From Escherichia coli (GTDB taxonomy: Bacteria; Pseudomonadota; Gammaproteobacteria; Enterobacterales; Enterobacteriaceae): a stretch of DNA of 64,000 nucleotides. Location of the stretch: the NCBI RefSeq assembly GCF_003334765.1, contig NZ_QOWT01000011.1; one strand, written 5' to 3'. The notes beneath the pieces are model-generated. The model made no database searches and was not told where the DNA came from. It saw nothing but the letters and a program-made list of their open reading frames with translations. A program made the position numbers and the translations under genes. The first letter of the stretch is position 1. Every line of letters starts with the position of its first letter. Positions 10,522 to 25,751 of this stretch are shown here, one piece after another.

Positions 10522-11372
10522 GGTTTACGTTTTTCCAGCGTACGATGGCGTGACTGGACGTTTTTACCGCGCGAGCGGAAGTAGTCTGCCAGTTGCTCTG
10601 CAATATACACCGAACGGTGCTTCCCGCCGGTACAACCAATGGCGACCGTCAAGTAGCTACGGTTGTTGGTTTCCAGCATAGGTAACCATAGCTCAAGATA
10701 GCTTCGCGTCTGGTAGATAAAATTGTGTACTTCTGTGTGGCGGTCGAGGAACGCGGCGACAGGTTTATCAAGACCTGTCATTGGACGCAGTTTCGGATCC
10801 CAGTGCGGGTTCGGCAAGAAGCGCACGTCAAAGACGTAATCTGCATCGATAGGGATACCGTGTTTGAAGCCGAAAGACTCAAAGACCATGGTCAGTTCGC
10901 GTTCACGTTTACCCAGCAGACGGGTACGCAGCATTTCAGCCAGCTCGTGAACGGACATTTCTGAGGTATCGACAATCAGATCCGCTCGCGAACGCAGAGG
11001 CTCCAGCAAATCGCTTTCTTTGTCGATAGCACTTTCCAGCGACAGGTTTTTGCTGGAAAGCGGATGCAGTCGGCGCGTGTCACTGTAACGACGAATTAAG
11101 GTATTACGGTCGGCATCCAGGAACAGGAGTTGCGGTGAGAAAGCGTCAGGCAGGTTACTCATCGCCTGTTCGAATATTTCTGGTGACTCCGGCATATTAC
11201 GAACATCAATGCTGACGGCGGCAGAAATCTCGCGATCGGCCAGGGTTCGAGCCAGATCGGGTAACAACACTACGGGAAGGTTATCCACGCAGTAAAAACC
11301 CATATCTTCCAGCGCACGCAGGGCGACAGATTTACCTGAACCTGAACGTCCGCTGACGATCATCAGTACCAT
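10518..11372 (-). CDS. rapZ: RNase adaptor protein RapZ (284 aa)
   Basis: Full ORF with Walker A GRSGSGKS; overlaps npr start by 4 nt. Confidence 0.9.
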
Positions 11373-11417
11373 GTACTGTTTCTCCTCACAACGTCTAAAA
11401 GAGACATTACCGAATAA

Positions 11418-11909
11418 CTACGCTTCATCCGGAGTACCTTCGGTATCCGTAATGATTTGATACAGCTCTTCATCGCTCTGGGCTGCGCGTAAACGGCGGC
11501 AGATGGTTTTGTCCGCCAGACGTTTCGCCACCAGCGACAGAGTATGCAGGTGCGTTTTAGTTTGGTCTGCCGGCACCAGCAGGGCAAAAAGTAAGTCCAC
11601 CGGTTGGTTGTCGATGGCATCGAAAGCTATAGGCGTTTCGAGCTGAACGAAAACGCCAACGGCGCGCAGAGTATCTTCTTCCAGTTTGCCATGCGGAATG
11701 GCAATACCATTGCCGATACCGGTACTGCCCATTTTTTCCCGCGTCAGGATAGCTTCAAAAACCACCTGAGGCGGCAGGCTAAGTTGTTTCGCCGCCAGCT
11801 CGCTGATGATTTCCAGGGCGCGTTTTTTGCTCTGACAGTGGACGCGGCTTCGCGTACATTCCCTGTTAAGAACACTGCTAAGCTGTAGAGTTGTATCATT
11901 ATTTGTCAT
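11418..11909 (-). CDS. ptsN: Nitrogen-PTS EIIA-Ntr (163 aa)
   Basis: ORF 11418-11933; product from MTNNDTTLQLSSVLNRECTRSRVH... Confidence 0.9.
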   Translation of the reverse strand: MTNNDTTLQLSSVLNRECTRSRVHCQSKKRALEIISELAAKQLSLPPQVVFEAILTREKMGSTGIGNGIAIPHGKLEEDTLRAVGVFVQLETPIAFDAIDNQPVDLLFALLVPADQTKTHLHTLSLVAKRLADKTICRRLRAAQSDEELYQIITDTEGTPDEA

Positions 11910-12026
11910 AATTTCACCTAAGAACCTGCCCACTCAAACAGTGGAACAGGCTCGGAGCATTAACCGTACAAATGGCCCGTTGTGCCGCACAACAGACCGC
12001 CATGCACATGCTAATTGCCCGGACAA

Positions 12027-12314
12027 TTAGTGTTGTTTCAGTTTATCTTTATGTTTGGTCAACTGGCGTGTCAGCTTATCAATTAAGCCATCAATGGCAG
12101 CGTACATGTCCTGACCTTCCGCGCTGGCATGAATTTCACCACCGTTTACATGCAGTGTTGCATCTGAGGTGTGGGTGACTTTCTCCACTTTCAGAACAAC
12201 ATAGACCTGGTTGATTCGGTCAAAATATTGCTCAAGTTTGGCAAATTTGGCTGTAACAAATTCGCGCAGTGCCTCGGTGATCTCGACGTTATTTCCGGTA
12301 ATGTTGAGCTGCAT
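12027..12314 (-). CDS. hpf: Ribosome hibernation promoting factor (95 aa)
   Basis: ORF 12027-12398; product from MQLNITGNNVEITEALREFV... Confidence 0.85.
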   Translation of the reverse strand: MQLNITGNNVEITEALREFVTAKFAKLEQYFDRINQVYVVLKVEKVTHTSDATLHVNGGEIHASAEGQDMYAAIDGLIDKLTRQLTKHKDKLKQH

Positions 12315-12336
12315 AGTGTCTTCCTTATCGGTTGGG

Positions 12337-13770
12337 TCAAACGAGTTGTTTACGCTGGTTTGACGGCGGAATGGATAAAGACTCTCGGTACTTCGCAACA
12401 GTGCGGCGTGCCACCATGATACCTTGTTCCGACAGCAAAGAGGTTAACTTGCTGTCGCTCAACGGTTTCGCTGGGTTTTCCGCCGCGATTAATTTCTTCA
12501 CCAGCGCACGAATCGCCGTGGAGGAAGCTTCGCCGCCGCCCTCGGTATTGACGTGACTGGAAAAGAAATACTTCAGTTCAAAAATGCCTCGTGGACTATG
12601 CAGGTATTTTTGCGTGGTCACGCGAGATATCGTCGATTCATGCATTTCGACAGCCTGGGCGATATCGGCCAGTACCATCGGTTTCATATATTCTTCACCT
12701 TGCTCAAAGAAGGCTTGCTGCTGTTCAACGATACAGCGACTCACGCGCAGTAGCGTATCGTTACGGCTTTCCAGACTCTTGATCAACCATTTGGCATCCT
12801 GCAGATTGCTGCGGATAAACTGGCTGTCACCATCGTTGCGCGCGTTATTGCACATCGAGGCGTAGTGCTGGTTGATTTGCAGACGCGGAATGCTGTCACT
12901 GTTGAGTTCTACCGTCCAGTGACCGTTATGCTTACGCACCAGCACATCTGGAATGACATACTCAGGTTCGCCAGTCTGGATCGACTGCCCGGGGCGCGGA
13001 TCGAGCGACTGGATCAGATTGACGGCTTCTTTCAGCACATCTTCTTTCAGACGCGTGACGCGCATTAAAGTGCGGAAGTCGTGATTGGCTAACAGATCGA
13101 GATGATCGCTAATGATCAGTCTGGCCTCTTCCAGCCACGGCGTGGTCTTATCGAATTGGGAGAGTTGGATCAGCAGACAGTCACGCAGATCTTTTGCCGC
13201 CACACCGACCGGATCAAACCGTTGGATCCGCTTAAGGACGGCTTCAACTTCGTCGATGTCGATCTCTTCATCGCCTATACTTTCGAGAATATCTTCCAGC
13301 GGGACAGTCAGATAACCGGTTTCATCAACGGCATCGACGATAGAGGTAGCAATAGCGCGGTCAGTGTCGGAAAACGGTGTCAGCTCAACCTGCCACATCA
13401 GGTAATCCTGCAAGGTCTGCGTCGTTTCGCCCTGGTAGACCGGCAGCTCGTCGTCAATGTAGTCACCGCTGGTGCCGGATGGTGTACCAGCGGTGTAAAT
13501 GGTGTCCCAACTGGCATCGAGCGGCAGCTCTTCCGGCATCTCTTTTTGTTCGAGCGCGTCGGCGGTGTCCAGCGTTTCACTGTCTTGCGTTTCGCGGGTG
13601 TCGATTTCTTCATGAGTGTCGATTTGCTCAAGCAGCGGATTACTCTCCAGCGCCTGCTGTAGCTCCTGCTGAAGTTCCAGCGTCGACAACTGCAACAGAC
13701 GAATTGCCTGTTGGAGCTGTGGCGTCATCGCCAGTTGTTGGCTAAGCCTGAGTTGCAAACCTTGCTTCAT
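12337..13770 (-). CDS. rpoN: RNA polymerase sigma-54 factor RpoN (477 aa)
   Basis: Full ORF; RpoN box [10 protein letters not shown] near the C-terminus. Confidence 0.95.
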   Translation of the reverse strand: MKQGLQLRLSQQLAMTPQLQQAIRLLQLSTLELQQELQQALESNPLLEQIDTHEEIDTRETQDSETLDTADALEQKEMPEELPLDASWDTIYTAGTPSGTSGDYIDDELPVYQGETTQTLQDYLMWQVELTPFSDTDRAIATSIVDAVDETGYLTVPLEDILESIGDEEIDIDEVEAVLKRIQRFDPVGVAAKDLRDCLLIQLSQFDKTTPWLEEARLIISDHLDLLANHDFRTLMRVTRLKEDVLKEAVNLIQSLDPRPGQSIQTGEPEYVIPDVLVRKHNGHWTVELNSDSIPRLQINQHYASMCNNARNDGDSQFIRSNLQDAKWLIKSLESRNDTLLRVSRCIVEQQQAFFEQGEEYMKPMVLADIAQAVEMHESTISRVTTQKYLHSPRGIFELKYFFSSHVNTEGGGEASSTAIRALVKKLIAAENPAKPLSDSKLTSLLSEQGIMVARRTVAKYRESLSIPPSNQRKQLV

Positions 13771-13817
13771 GTTCAGAATCGTACTCTCCTGCTAAAACGT
13801 CGCAAACTTCTACCCTA

Positions 13818-14543
13818 TCAGAGTCTGAAGTCTTCCCCAAGGTATACACGCTTAACGTGTTCGTCTTGTAAGATTTCTGTAGGCGTGCCGTGGGCGATCA
13901 AATGCCCCTGACTGACGATATAAGCGCGTTCACAAACCGCCAGTGTTTCACGCACGTTGTGGTCAGTGATCAGCACGCCCAGGCCGCTGTCGCGCAGGTG
14001 CTCAATGATGCGTTTAATGTCGATAACCGAGATCGGGTCAACCCCGGCAAACGGTTCGTCGAGCAGAATAAATTTCGGATTCGCAGCCAGTGCGCGGGCA
14101 ATTTCTACACGGCGACGTTCACCCCCGGAGAGTGACTGCCCCATGCTGTCACGCAGGTGCTCAATGTGAAACTCTTCCATCAGCTCGTTCGCGCGGTCTT
14201 CACGTTGTTCAGCAGACAAGTCGTCACGAATTTGCAGTACCGCCATCAGGTTATCGTAAACGCTGAGGCGACGGAAAATGGAGGCTTCCTGTGGCAGATA
14301 GCCGATACCGCGGCGCGCGCGTGCATGCAGAGGCAGCAGACTGATATCGTCATCATCAATAATGATGTTGCCCGCATCGCGCGGCACAATGCCTACAACC
14401 ATGTAGAAAGTGGTGGTCTTACCGGCACCGTTTGGCCCCAGCAGACCGACAATTTCCCCGGAGTTGACGGTCAGGCTGACGTCTTCTACCACGCGACGGC
14501 CTTTATAGGCTTTTGCAAGGTTCTTTGCAGTTAATGTTGCCAT
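13818..14543 (-). CDS. lptB: LPS export ABC transporter ATPase LptB (241 aa)
   Basis: Full ORF; Walker [13 protein letters not shown] signature LSGGERRR. Confidence 0.95.
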
Positions 14544-14549
14544 AACGAA

Positions 14550-15107
14550 TTAATTACCCTTCTTCTGTGCCGGGGTCTGGCCTTTGTTGTTTTTGTCCTG
14601 CAGCTGCGACGGCACCAGAACGGTTGTTACGCGCTTGCCTTTGTCGCTGAAAGCCTGCATTTTCTGCTCTTTCACCAGGTAAGTGATCTTATCGCCCTTA
14701 ATGTTGCTATCGACCTGCTGCAGATAAGCATTACCCGTCAGAACGACAAAATCTTTTGCCAGTTCGTAGTGCATCTGGGAAGCGTGACCTTCAACGGGTT
14801 TACCGTTGTCCTGCATCTGGTAGAACGTTGCCGGTTTACCGTAGCCGTCAATCACTTCTTTACCTTGTTCGCCGCCCGGACGGGTAACGACCACTTTGTC
14901 GGCATTAATTTTGATGGTGCCCTGGGTGACGATGACATTACCGGTAAAGGTAACCACGTTGCCTTGCATATCAAGAGATTGCTGGTCCGATTCAATGTGG
15001 ATCGGCTGATCAGTGTCTCCGGTTACGGCAAATGCCGGAATGCTGGCGGCCAGAAGTGAGCTGGCAAGCACAAGATTAAGGCTGAGTTTGTTTGTTTTGA
15101 ATTTCAT
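14550..15107 (-). CDS. lptA: LPS transport periplasmic protein LptA (185 aa)
   Basis: ORF 14550-15128; product from MKFKTNKLSLNLVLASSLLAASIPAFA (signal peptide). Confidence 0.9.
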   Translation of the reverse strand: MKFKTNKLSLNLVLASSLLAASIPAFAVTGDTDQPIHIESDQQSLDMQGNVVTFTGNVIVTQGTIKINADKVVVTRPGGEQGKEVIDGYGKPATFYQMQDNGKPVEGHASQMHYELAKDFVVLTGNAYLQQVDSNIKGDKITYLVKEQKMQAFSDKGKRVTTVLVPSQLQDKNNKGQTPAQKKGN

Positions 15108-15651
15108 AGGATGTTCTAACCTTTTCAATCAGCTCGGCGTTCTTGCTGCGTAAGTTGCCGCGCATTTTCAGACCGCTGGAGTTAAATGTTGTTCCGTATA
15201 ACGTGACGAGGTCTTCAGAGGTAACATCCTGCGTCACCAGATTGATCTGCGCGTTATCCGTCGTGATTCTGCGAAGTTGAGAGTCTGGCACAAGTGCGTT
15301 GACTTCAACGTGTCCATATAAATAGAGCATCCGGTCATTGGTCAGCTTGGCTTTATCTGCTTTTACGGACCATGTCGGGATTTTATCCTTATCAAACGTG
15401 GTAAGTACCGGCTGCGTAAACCACGAAACGGCCTGATCGGAATAATATTCAACGTGTTGAGCAATCAATCGATAGCTTAGTGCCCCTTCTGGGTTATAGA
15501 CGAGCGTGTCCGTATGCTCGCTTTTATAGGTGGGATCATTGTTGTTGACGACCACCTGGGCGGTATCGTCTTTTTCGGCCATATTAATGCCGATCATCAC
15601 CAGAACCGCCAGTGATAGCACAATGATAACCCAACGTCTGGCTTTACTCAT
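15076..15651 (-). CDS. lptC: LPS export protein LptC (191 aa)
   Basis: Full ORF MSKARRWVIIVLSLAVLVMIG...; 3' end overlaps the lptA start. Confidence 0.9.
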   Translation of the reverse strand: MSKARRWVIIVLSLAVLVMIGINMAEKDDTAQVVVNNNDPTYKSEHTDTLVYNPEGALSYRLIAQHVEYYSDQAVSWFTQPVLTTFDKDKIPTWSVKADKAKLTNDRMLYLYGHVEVNALVPDSQLRRITTDNAQINLVTQDVTSEDLVTLYGTTFNSSGLKMRGNLRSKNAELIEKVRTSYEIQNKQTQP

Positions 15652-16214
15652 ATCGATTGCCCTTTGGCTTCATCCAGTTTGCCCTGCGCCAGGAGTAATA
15701 AGTCGCAAACTTCGCGCACTGCGCCACGACCGCCAGCAATGCGCGTCACGTAATCGGCGCGCGGGATCAACAGTGGATGCGCATCGGCCACGGCGACGCT
15801 TAAACCCACTTTTTCCATTACCGGCCAGTCGATGAGATCATCGCCGACATAAGCCACATTTTCCGGGGCAATCGCCAGTTTTTCCAGCAGATCGCTAAAG
15901 GCGATCAGTTTGTTTGACTGCCCCTGATACAAGTGAGTGATCCCCAATGTGGCACAACGATCTTCTACCAGTTTAGCCTTTCGCCCGGTAATGATAGCGA
16001 CTTCAATATCAGAGGTGAGCGCACAACGAATGCCATAACCGTCACGAACATTGAACGCTTTCAGCTCTTCGCCATTATTGCCCATATAAATCAGGCCATC
16101 TGACAGTACGCCATCGACATCGAGGATCAGCAGACGAATGTTCTCTGCTTTTGCTATAACGTCGGCGCTGACAGGGCCGTAACAGGTCGCAAGCGACGCA
16201 CCTGCTTTGCTCAT
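15648..16214 (-). CDS. kdsC: KDO 8-phosphate phosphatase KdsC (188 aa)
   Basis: Full ORF; HAD motif ILDVDGVLSDG. Confidence 0.9.
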   Translation of the reverse strand: MSKAGASLATCYGPVSADVIAKAENIRLLILDVDGVLSDGLIYMGNNGEELKAFNVRDGYGIRCALTSDIEVAIITGRKAKLVEDRCATLGITHLYQGQSNKLIAFSDLLEKLAIAPENVAYVGDDLIDWPVMEKVGLSVAVADAHPLLIPRADYVTRIAGGRGAVREVCDLLLLAQGKLDEAKGQSI

Positions 16215-16234
16215 TGTTGTTTATCCTTGAATCT

Positions 16235-17221
16235 TTACACTACGCCTGCACGCAGTAAATCATGCATATGTAACACACCGAGTAAATGGTCGCCATCGGC
16301 AACCATCACGGAGGTGATATGGCGGGACTGCATTAAGTTCAGTGCCTCAACGGCCAGAATGCCAGGGCGCACACGTATTCCCCCCGGCGTCATCACATCG
16401 GCAATACTTAACTGACGAACATCCACGCCCATATCGAAGACACGGCGTAAATCACCGTCGGTAAAGATGCCTTCAATCATCATATTGTCATCGCAAATGA
16501 CAGTCATACCAAGATTTTTGCGGGTAACTTCCAGCAACGCGTCACGCAGACTGGCCGTTTTCTTAACATGCGGGATCTCATCGCCCGTATGCATAATATC
16601 GTTTACGCGCAGCAGAAGTTTACGACCCAGTGCGCCGCCTGGGTGTGAGAGCGCAAAATCTTCAGCAGTAAAGCCGCGTGCTTTTAACAGCGCGACAGCG
16701 AGGGCATCGCCCATAACCAGCGTGGCGGTGGTGCTGCTGGTCGGTGCCAGCCCTAACGGACAGGCTTCTTTCGCTACTTTAACACACAGATGCACATCTG
16801 CGGCGCGCGCCATGCTGCTCTCCGGGCGACCGGTGATGCAGATTAATGGTACGTGAAGACGCTTAAGCACTGGAATTAAGGCCGTGATTTCGCTGGATTC
16901 ACCAGAGTTAGAGATAGCAATCACCACATCCTGTGGGGTAACCATGCCTAAATCACCATGCGCGGCTTCACCAGGATGGACGAAAAATGAAGGTGTACCG
17001 GTGCTGGCAAACGTTGCCGCCATTTTTCGCCCAATATGCCCCGATTTTCCCATCCCCATGACGACAACTTTCCCTTTACACCAGAACATCTTTTCACAGG
17101 CAAGCGTGAAATTCTGATTGATGTATTGATCAAGCTCCGCCAGGCATTCACGTTCAATCGCCAGGACTTCTTTACCTGCTTGCTGAAAGTCAAAACCCGG
17201 TTGTAACTCTACGTGCGACAT
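16235..17221 (-). CDS. kdsD: D-arabinose 5-phosphate isomerase KdsD (328 aa)
   Basis: ORF 16235-17242; product from MSHVELQPGFDFQQAGKEV...; SIS plus CBS domains. Confidence 0.9.
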   Translation of the reverse strand: MSHVELQPGFDFQQAGKEVLAIERECLAELDQYINQNFTLACEKMFWCKGKVVVMGMGKSGHIGRKMAATFASTGTPSFFVHPGEAAHGDLGMVTPQDVVIAISNSGESSEITALIPVLKRLHVPLICITGRPESSMARAADVHLCVKVAKEACPLGLAPTSSTTATLVMGDALAVALLKARGFTAEDFALSHPGGALGRKLLLRVNDIMHTGDEIPHVKKTASLRDALLEVTRKNLGMTVICDDNMMIEGIFTDGDLRRVFDMGVDVRQLSIADVMTPGGIRVRPGILAVEALNLMQSRHITSVMVADGDHLLGVLHMHDLLRAGVV

Positions 17222-17234
17222 AATGCGTTTCCAG

Positions 17235-18212
17235 TTATTCAACGAGTATTGGCGATAACCAGTACAACATCGCCAGCCATACGATAAATCCGCCAGTTAA
17301 TAATACCCCTACACCACGGCCCGGTTGCGGGGAGCGCCGCCAGCACAGCAACGCAAAAATAATGCTCACCAGCAACATCACGCTGTAGTCACGACTGTAC
17401 GCCAGTGGATCAATCTCTCCTGGCGTTATCAGCGCGGGTAAACCCAACACGATGACAATATTAAAAATGTTTGCGCCAATGATATTTCCGACAGCAATGT
17501 CGTTTTCACCTTTGCGAACCCCCGCTATTGCGGTTGCCAGTTCCGGCAGGCTGGTTCCGATAGCAATTGCCGTCAGACCCATCGTCAACTCGCTGATGGC
17601 AAAGTAATTCGCCAGCACCGTGGCGTTATCAACCACCATCCGCGTGGCCACTGGCATGATGATAAGCGCAATGCCGAGCCATAAAAACGCGACGGGCAAT
17701 CCGCCGTCACGCGGCAGCTCTGCAAGCTGCTCTCTGGTCAGGCTGTCAGTCCCCTGACGTTCAGCCTGACGTGCAAGTTTAACAATGAACAGCAGCCATA
17801 GCACAGCCAGAAAGAGGAGAAAGATACCATCGCTGCGACTAAGTTGTCCGTCATAGAGTACGGAACCGGCCACCACGCTGACCAACAACATTAAGGGTAA
17901 TTCACGGCGTAGAACATCAGAATGGACGGTAAAAGGACGAACCAGCGCAGCCAGACCGAGGATCAGCAATATATTGATAATGTTTGAGCCGAGGGCTGTA
18001 CCAACGGCTAAATCGCGTTGTTCGTGCAGAGACGCGGCAAGCGAGACGATGACTTCTGGTAACGATGTACCAATACTGACCACCGTCATGCCGATGATCA
18101 GCGGCGGGATGCCAAAGGTTCGGCAAAGAATAGACGCGGCAAAAACCAGGCGGTCGGCACTGTAAACGACCAAAAGTAAACCAACAATTAACAGTGCCGT
18201 AGCTAAAAGCAT
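17235..18212 (-). CDS. yrbG: CaCA-family cation antiporter YrbG (325 aa)
   Basis: Full ORF, polytopic membrane protein with internal repeat (GTSLPE twice). Confidence 0.85.
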   Translation of the reverse strand: MLLATALLIVGLLLVVYSADRLVFAASILCRTFGIPPLIIGMTVVSIGTSLPEVIVSLAASLHEQRDLAVGTALGSNIINILLILGLAALVRPFTVHSDVLRRELPLMLLVSVVAGSVLYDGQLSRSDGIFLLFLAVLWLLFIVKLARQAERQGTDSLTREQLAELPRDGGLPVAFLWLGIALIIMPVATRMVVDNATVLANYFAISELTMGLTAIAIGTSLPELATAIAGVRKGENDIAVGNIIGANIFNIVIVLGLPALITPGEIDPLAYSRDYSVMLLVSIIFALLCWRRSPQPGRGVGVLLTGGFIVWLAMLYWLSPILVE

Positions 18213-18421
18213 CTAACGTCCTTTCTTCAGGTATACTCGCCGGTCCGCTGAAGATTTTCAGAAAGCCGTAACGGATGCTTAATTTTGACTTTATGCGGCT
18301 AAAAAGTAAAACAAATGCCAGCTTTCGCTAACCACGGCGGGTAATATTCTGTAAATATGTTGGGTTCAAGGTTAAATTGAGCGCCATGCTTAGAAAATCA
18401 ACGCAAGACGAAGGGTGAATT

Positions 18422-20021
<1,600 letters not shown>

Positions 20022-20025
20022 GTTC

Positions 20026-20577
20026 ATGCAAACGAAAAAAAATGAAATTTGGGTGGGTATCTTTTTATTAGCAGCACTGCTGGCGGCGCTGTTTGTTTGC
20101 CTGAAGGCGGCGAACGTGACGTCCATACGTACTGAACCGACCTACACGCTTTATGCGACGTTCGATAACATTGGCGGCCTGAAAGCGCGCTCTCCGGTCA
20201 GTATTGGTGGCGTTGTTGTGGGTCGGGTGGCGGATATTACGCTGGACCCGAAAACCTATCTGCCGCGCGTAACGCTGGAAATTGAACAACGTTATAACCA
20301 CATTCCAGATACCAGTTCGCTGAGCATTCGTACTTCCGGCCTGCTGGGGGAACAATATCTGGCATTAAACGTCGGTTTTGAAGACCCGGAACTGGGGACT
20401 GCTATCCTGAAGGATGGCGATACAATTCAGGACACTAAGTCTGCGATGGTGCTGGAAGATCTCATTGGTCAGTTCCTTTACGGTAGTAAAGGCGATGACA
20501 ATAAGAATAGTGGCGATGCGCCAGCTGCTGCGCCAGGTAATAATGAAACCACTGAACCTGTGGGTACAACGAAATAA
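20026..20577 (+). CDS. mlaD: MCE-domain phospholipid-binding protein MlaD (183 aa)
   Basis: ORF 20011-20577; product from MQTKKNEIWVGIFLLAALLAA... Confidence 0.9.
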   Translation: MQTKKNEIWVGIFLLAALLAALFVCLKAANVTSIRTEPTYTLYATFDNIGGLKARSPVSIGGVVVGRVADITLDPKTYLPRVTLEIEQRYNHIPDTSSLSIRTSGLLGEQYLALNVGFEDPELGTAILKDGDTIQDTKSAMVLEDLIGQFLYGSKGDDNKNSGDAPAAAPGNNETTEPVGTTK

Positions 20578-21230
<653 letters not shown>

Positions 21231-21231
<1 letters not shown>

Positions 21232-21524
21232 TGAGCGAGTCACTGAGCTGGATGCAGACGGGTGACACGCTGGCGTTATCCGGAGAGCTGGATCAGGACG
21301 TTTTGCTACCGCTTTGGGAAATGCGTGAGGAAGCGGTGAAGGGGATTACCTGCATCGATCTTAGCCGTGTCTCCCGCGTGGATACGGGGGGACTGGCACT
21401 GCTGCTCCATCTTATCGATCTGGCGAAAAAGCAGGGCAACAATGTGACGCTTCAGGGGGTAAACGACAAAGTGTATACCCTGGCGAAATTGTATAATTTG
21501 CCTGCTGATGTTCTGCCTCGTTAA
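21231..21524 (+). CDS. mlaB: STAS-domain protein MlaB (97 aa)
   Basis: ORF 21135-21524; product from MSESLSWMQTGDTLALSGELD...; start overlaps the mlaC stop. Confidence 0.85.
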
Positions 21525-21683
21525 ATTTTTTCAGGCCGGATATGGCGTTAACCGCCTGTCCGGCAAACCTGCCTGCAAGTCGAGCCTTGTCTGATTTATC
21601 AGCGAGGCTTTTTGCTTATTTATGCCAGCGCAACTTTGCTCTAAGATGTTTCGCTGGTTTATTAACTGATGATTGAAGATCCC

Positions 21684-21938
21684 ATGGAAAATAATGAAAT
21701 TCAGAGCGTGTTGATGAACGCTCTCTCCCTCCAGGAAGTCCACGTTTCCGGCGATGGCAGCCACTTTCAGGTTATTGCCGTGGGTGAGTTGTTTGACGGC
21801 ATGAGTCGGGTTAAAAAACAGCAGACGGTCTATGGTCCGCTGATGGAATATATTGCGGATAACCGCATTCATGCTGTGTCGATCAAAGCGTATACCCCTG
21901 CGGAGTGGGCGCGCGATCGCAAACTGAACGGCTTTTGA
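21684..21938 (+). CDS. ibaG: BolA-family acid stress protein IbaG (84 aa)
   Basis: ORF 21669-21938; product from [28 protein letters not shown]... Confidence 0.8.
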
Positions 21939-21992
21939 GCTATGGGCGATTCGCCGGTAGCGGATATGAATTGTTAACTGAGAACAAACTAA

Positions 21993-23252
<1,260 letters not shown>

Positions 23253-23299
23253 TCGTCTGAGAGCTGGCAGCCCCGTTCGCGGGGCTACCGCCAGACCAC

Positions 23300-23578
23300 T
23301 CATTTTTTCGGTTTAGTGTAGCTACGCATCAACTGCGTTCTGTCGATAAACTCATGGGTCTGCGGATCATGGTAGCGTGATGGCCAGATAACCCAGGGGT
23401 CAGTTCCCAGGGCTTTCGCAATAATCATCTCTCCTTTCGGCCATGGGCGCGATAATGCATTCGCCAGCGTTGAGGAACTCAAACCATTTCTGCGAGATTC
23501 CGCCGCCATTGACGTTCCCTTCTTGCGCAAACCCGCAATGATGTCAGCGGGATGCCAGTCAATGAAATTACTTTCCAT
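23300..23578 (-). CDS. sfsB: Ner-like DNA-binding regulator SfsB/Nlp (92 aa)
   Basis: Full ORF MESNFIDWHPADIIAGLRKKGTSMAAESRRNGLSSSTLANAL (HTH). Confidence 0.8.
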   Translation of the reverse strand: MESNFIDWHPADIIAGLRKKGTSMAAESRRNGLSSSTLANALSRPWPKGEMIIAKALGTDPWVIWPSRYHDPQTHEFIDRTQLMRSYTKPKK

Positions 23579-23805
23579 TTTTCCTCACTCCTTAAGTTAG
23601 TCGCTTTCATTCAGAACACTTCTTCTGTCGAGCATCACTATACTCCTGATGGCCTATTGCTCTAAAAAGTTCCTGTAAAGAGTGTGAATATTCAGAATAT
23701 ATAAAGATGCACATCCCTATTTTTCAGGTGTTATAGAGCTGAATAAGTGTTTTTATGGAACTTACTGGAACCATCCCGCGCGCTGCGCGGGATGAGGGGA
23801 GGGGA

Positions 23806-24777
23806 TTAACGATCGCGTTGAACAGCGATGTGCGCGAGGCCGATGAGTGCTTCTCGCCAAGGGGTGTCCGGGAGCACCTGTAACGCTGCGATGGCTTTGT
23901 CTGCTTCTTCCTCGGCACGCTGACGCGTCCATTCAAGAGATCCACAAGCGTTCATTGCTTCCAGAACCGGTTCCAGAAGATGGCGACCGTTACCCTGTTC
24001 GATGGCGGTACGGATCATCTGTGCCTGTTCTGGTGTGCCATGATGCATCGCATGCAGCAGCGGCAGCGTCGGTTTACCTTCGTTCAGATCGTCGCCGACA
24101 TTTTTACCTAACTGTTCGCCATCGGCATTGTAATCGAGTAAATCGTCGATCAACTGGAAAGCAGTGCCGAGATAGCGCCCATAATCCTGCAGGCCTTTCT
24201 CCTCCTCCGGCGTACAGCCAGCCAGAATCCCGGAACACTGCGCGGCAGCCTCAAACAGACGCGCGGTTTTGCTATAGATAACGCGCATGTAGTTTTCTTC
24301 AGTGATGTCCGGATCGTTAACGTTCATCAGTTGCAGAACTTCACCTTCTGCGATGACGTTTACGGCTTCTGACATGACTTCCAGCACTTTGAGCGAACCG
24401 AGGCTGGTCATCATCTGGAAAGCGCGGGTATAAATAAAATCGCCTACCAGCACGCTGGCGGCATTGCCAAATGCGGCGTTGGCGGTAGCTTTACCCCTGC
24501 GCATATCTGATTCATCCACAACGTCGTCGTGTAGCAGAGTCGCCGTGTGGATAAACTCGATCAGGGCAGCAATGGTGACATGCGCATTTCCCTCATAGCC
24601 AACAGCTCGTGCAGCCAGTACAGCAATCATCGGACGAATACGTTTACCGCCGCCGCTGACGATGTAATAGCCTAACTGATTGATCAGTTGGACGTCGGAA
24701 TTAAGCTGCTCAAGGATTGCCGCATTAACACCCGCCATATCTTGCGCGGTTAACTCATTGATTTTTTCTAAATTCAT
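23806..24777 (-). CDS. ispB: Octaprenyl diphosphate synthase IspB (323 aa)
   Basis: Full ORF; trans-prenyltransferase DDxxD motifs (LLHDDVVDESD, QLIDDLLD). Confidence 0.9.
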   Translation of the reverse strand: MNLEKINELTAQDMAGVNAAILEQLNSDVQLINQLGYYIVSGGGKRIRPMIAVLAARAVGYEGNAHVTIAALIEFIHTATLLHDDVVDESDMRRGKATANAAFGNAASVLVGDFIYTRAFQMMTSLGSLKVLEVMSEAVNVIAEGEVLQLMNVNDPDITEENYMRVIYSKTARLFEAAAQCSGILAGCTPEEEKGLQDYGRYLGTAFQLIDDLLDYNADGEQLGKNVGDDLNEGKPTLPLLHAMHHGTPEQAQMIRTAIEQGNGRHLLEPVLEAMNACGSLEWTRQRAEEEADKAIAALQVLPDTPWREALIGLAHIAVQRDR

Positions 24778-24999
24778 CGCAAAAGCCGGGCTTTTCGCCC
24801 CGATTACCTTACTGTGAACAAAGGCAACTTAGGGTTTATGGTTAGGAATATAGGGTGATTGTACTGAAAAAATGGCACAGATAAACGTTACCGTACAAGT
24901 TGTGTTTTTTTTCTTCGTGTATTGACTGTAGCACTTGTCAAAGGCGTGCGTTTTGCGTAATATTCGCGCCCTATTGTGAATATTTATAGCGCACTCTGA

Positions 25000-25625
<626 letters not shown>

Positions 25626-25652
25626 GTTTTTCGCGTCCCGGTAACGGATGAA

Positions 25653-25680
25653 AGCCCCGCAACACGTTGCGGGGCTTTTT
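25653..25680 (+). terminator. Intrinsic terminator downstream of rplU-rpmA
   Basis: GC hairpin AGCCCCGC...GCGGGGCT followed by TTTTT. Confidence 0.6.
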
Positions 25681-25751
25681 ACATTCGATAACCGGTAAAA
25701 ATGCGCATGGTGCGACGTTAATCCGCAAATGCGCTTTGCAGGGAATACGGT

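Noticed and set aside
23262-23299. Possible bidirectional terminator between murA and sfsB
   Set aside because: A GC hairpin (GCCCCGTTCGCGGGGC) is present but the T-run lies about 20 nt downstream on the plus strand and there is none on the minus strand; not convincing as a canonical intrinsic terminator.
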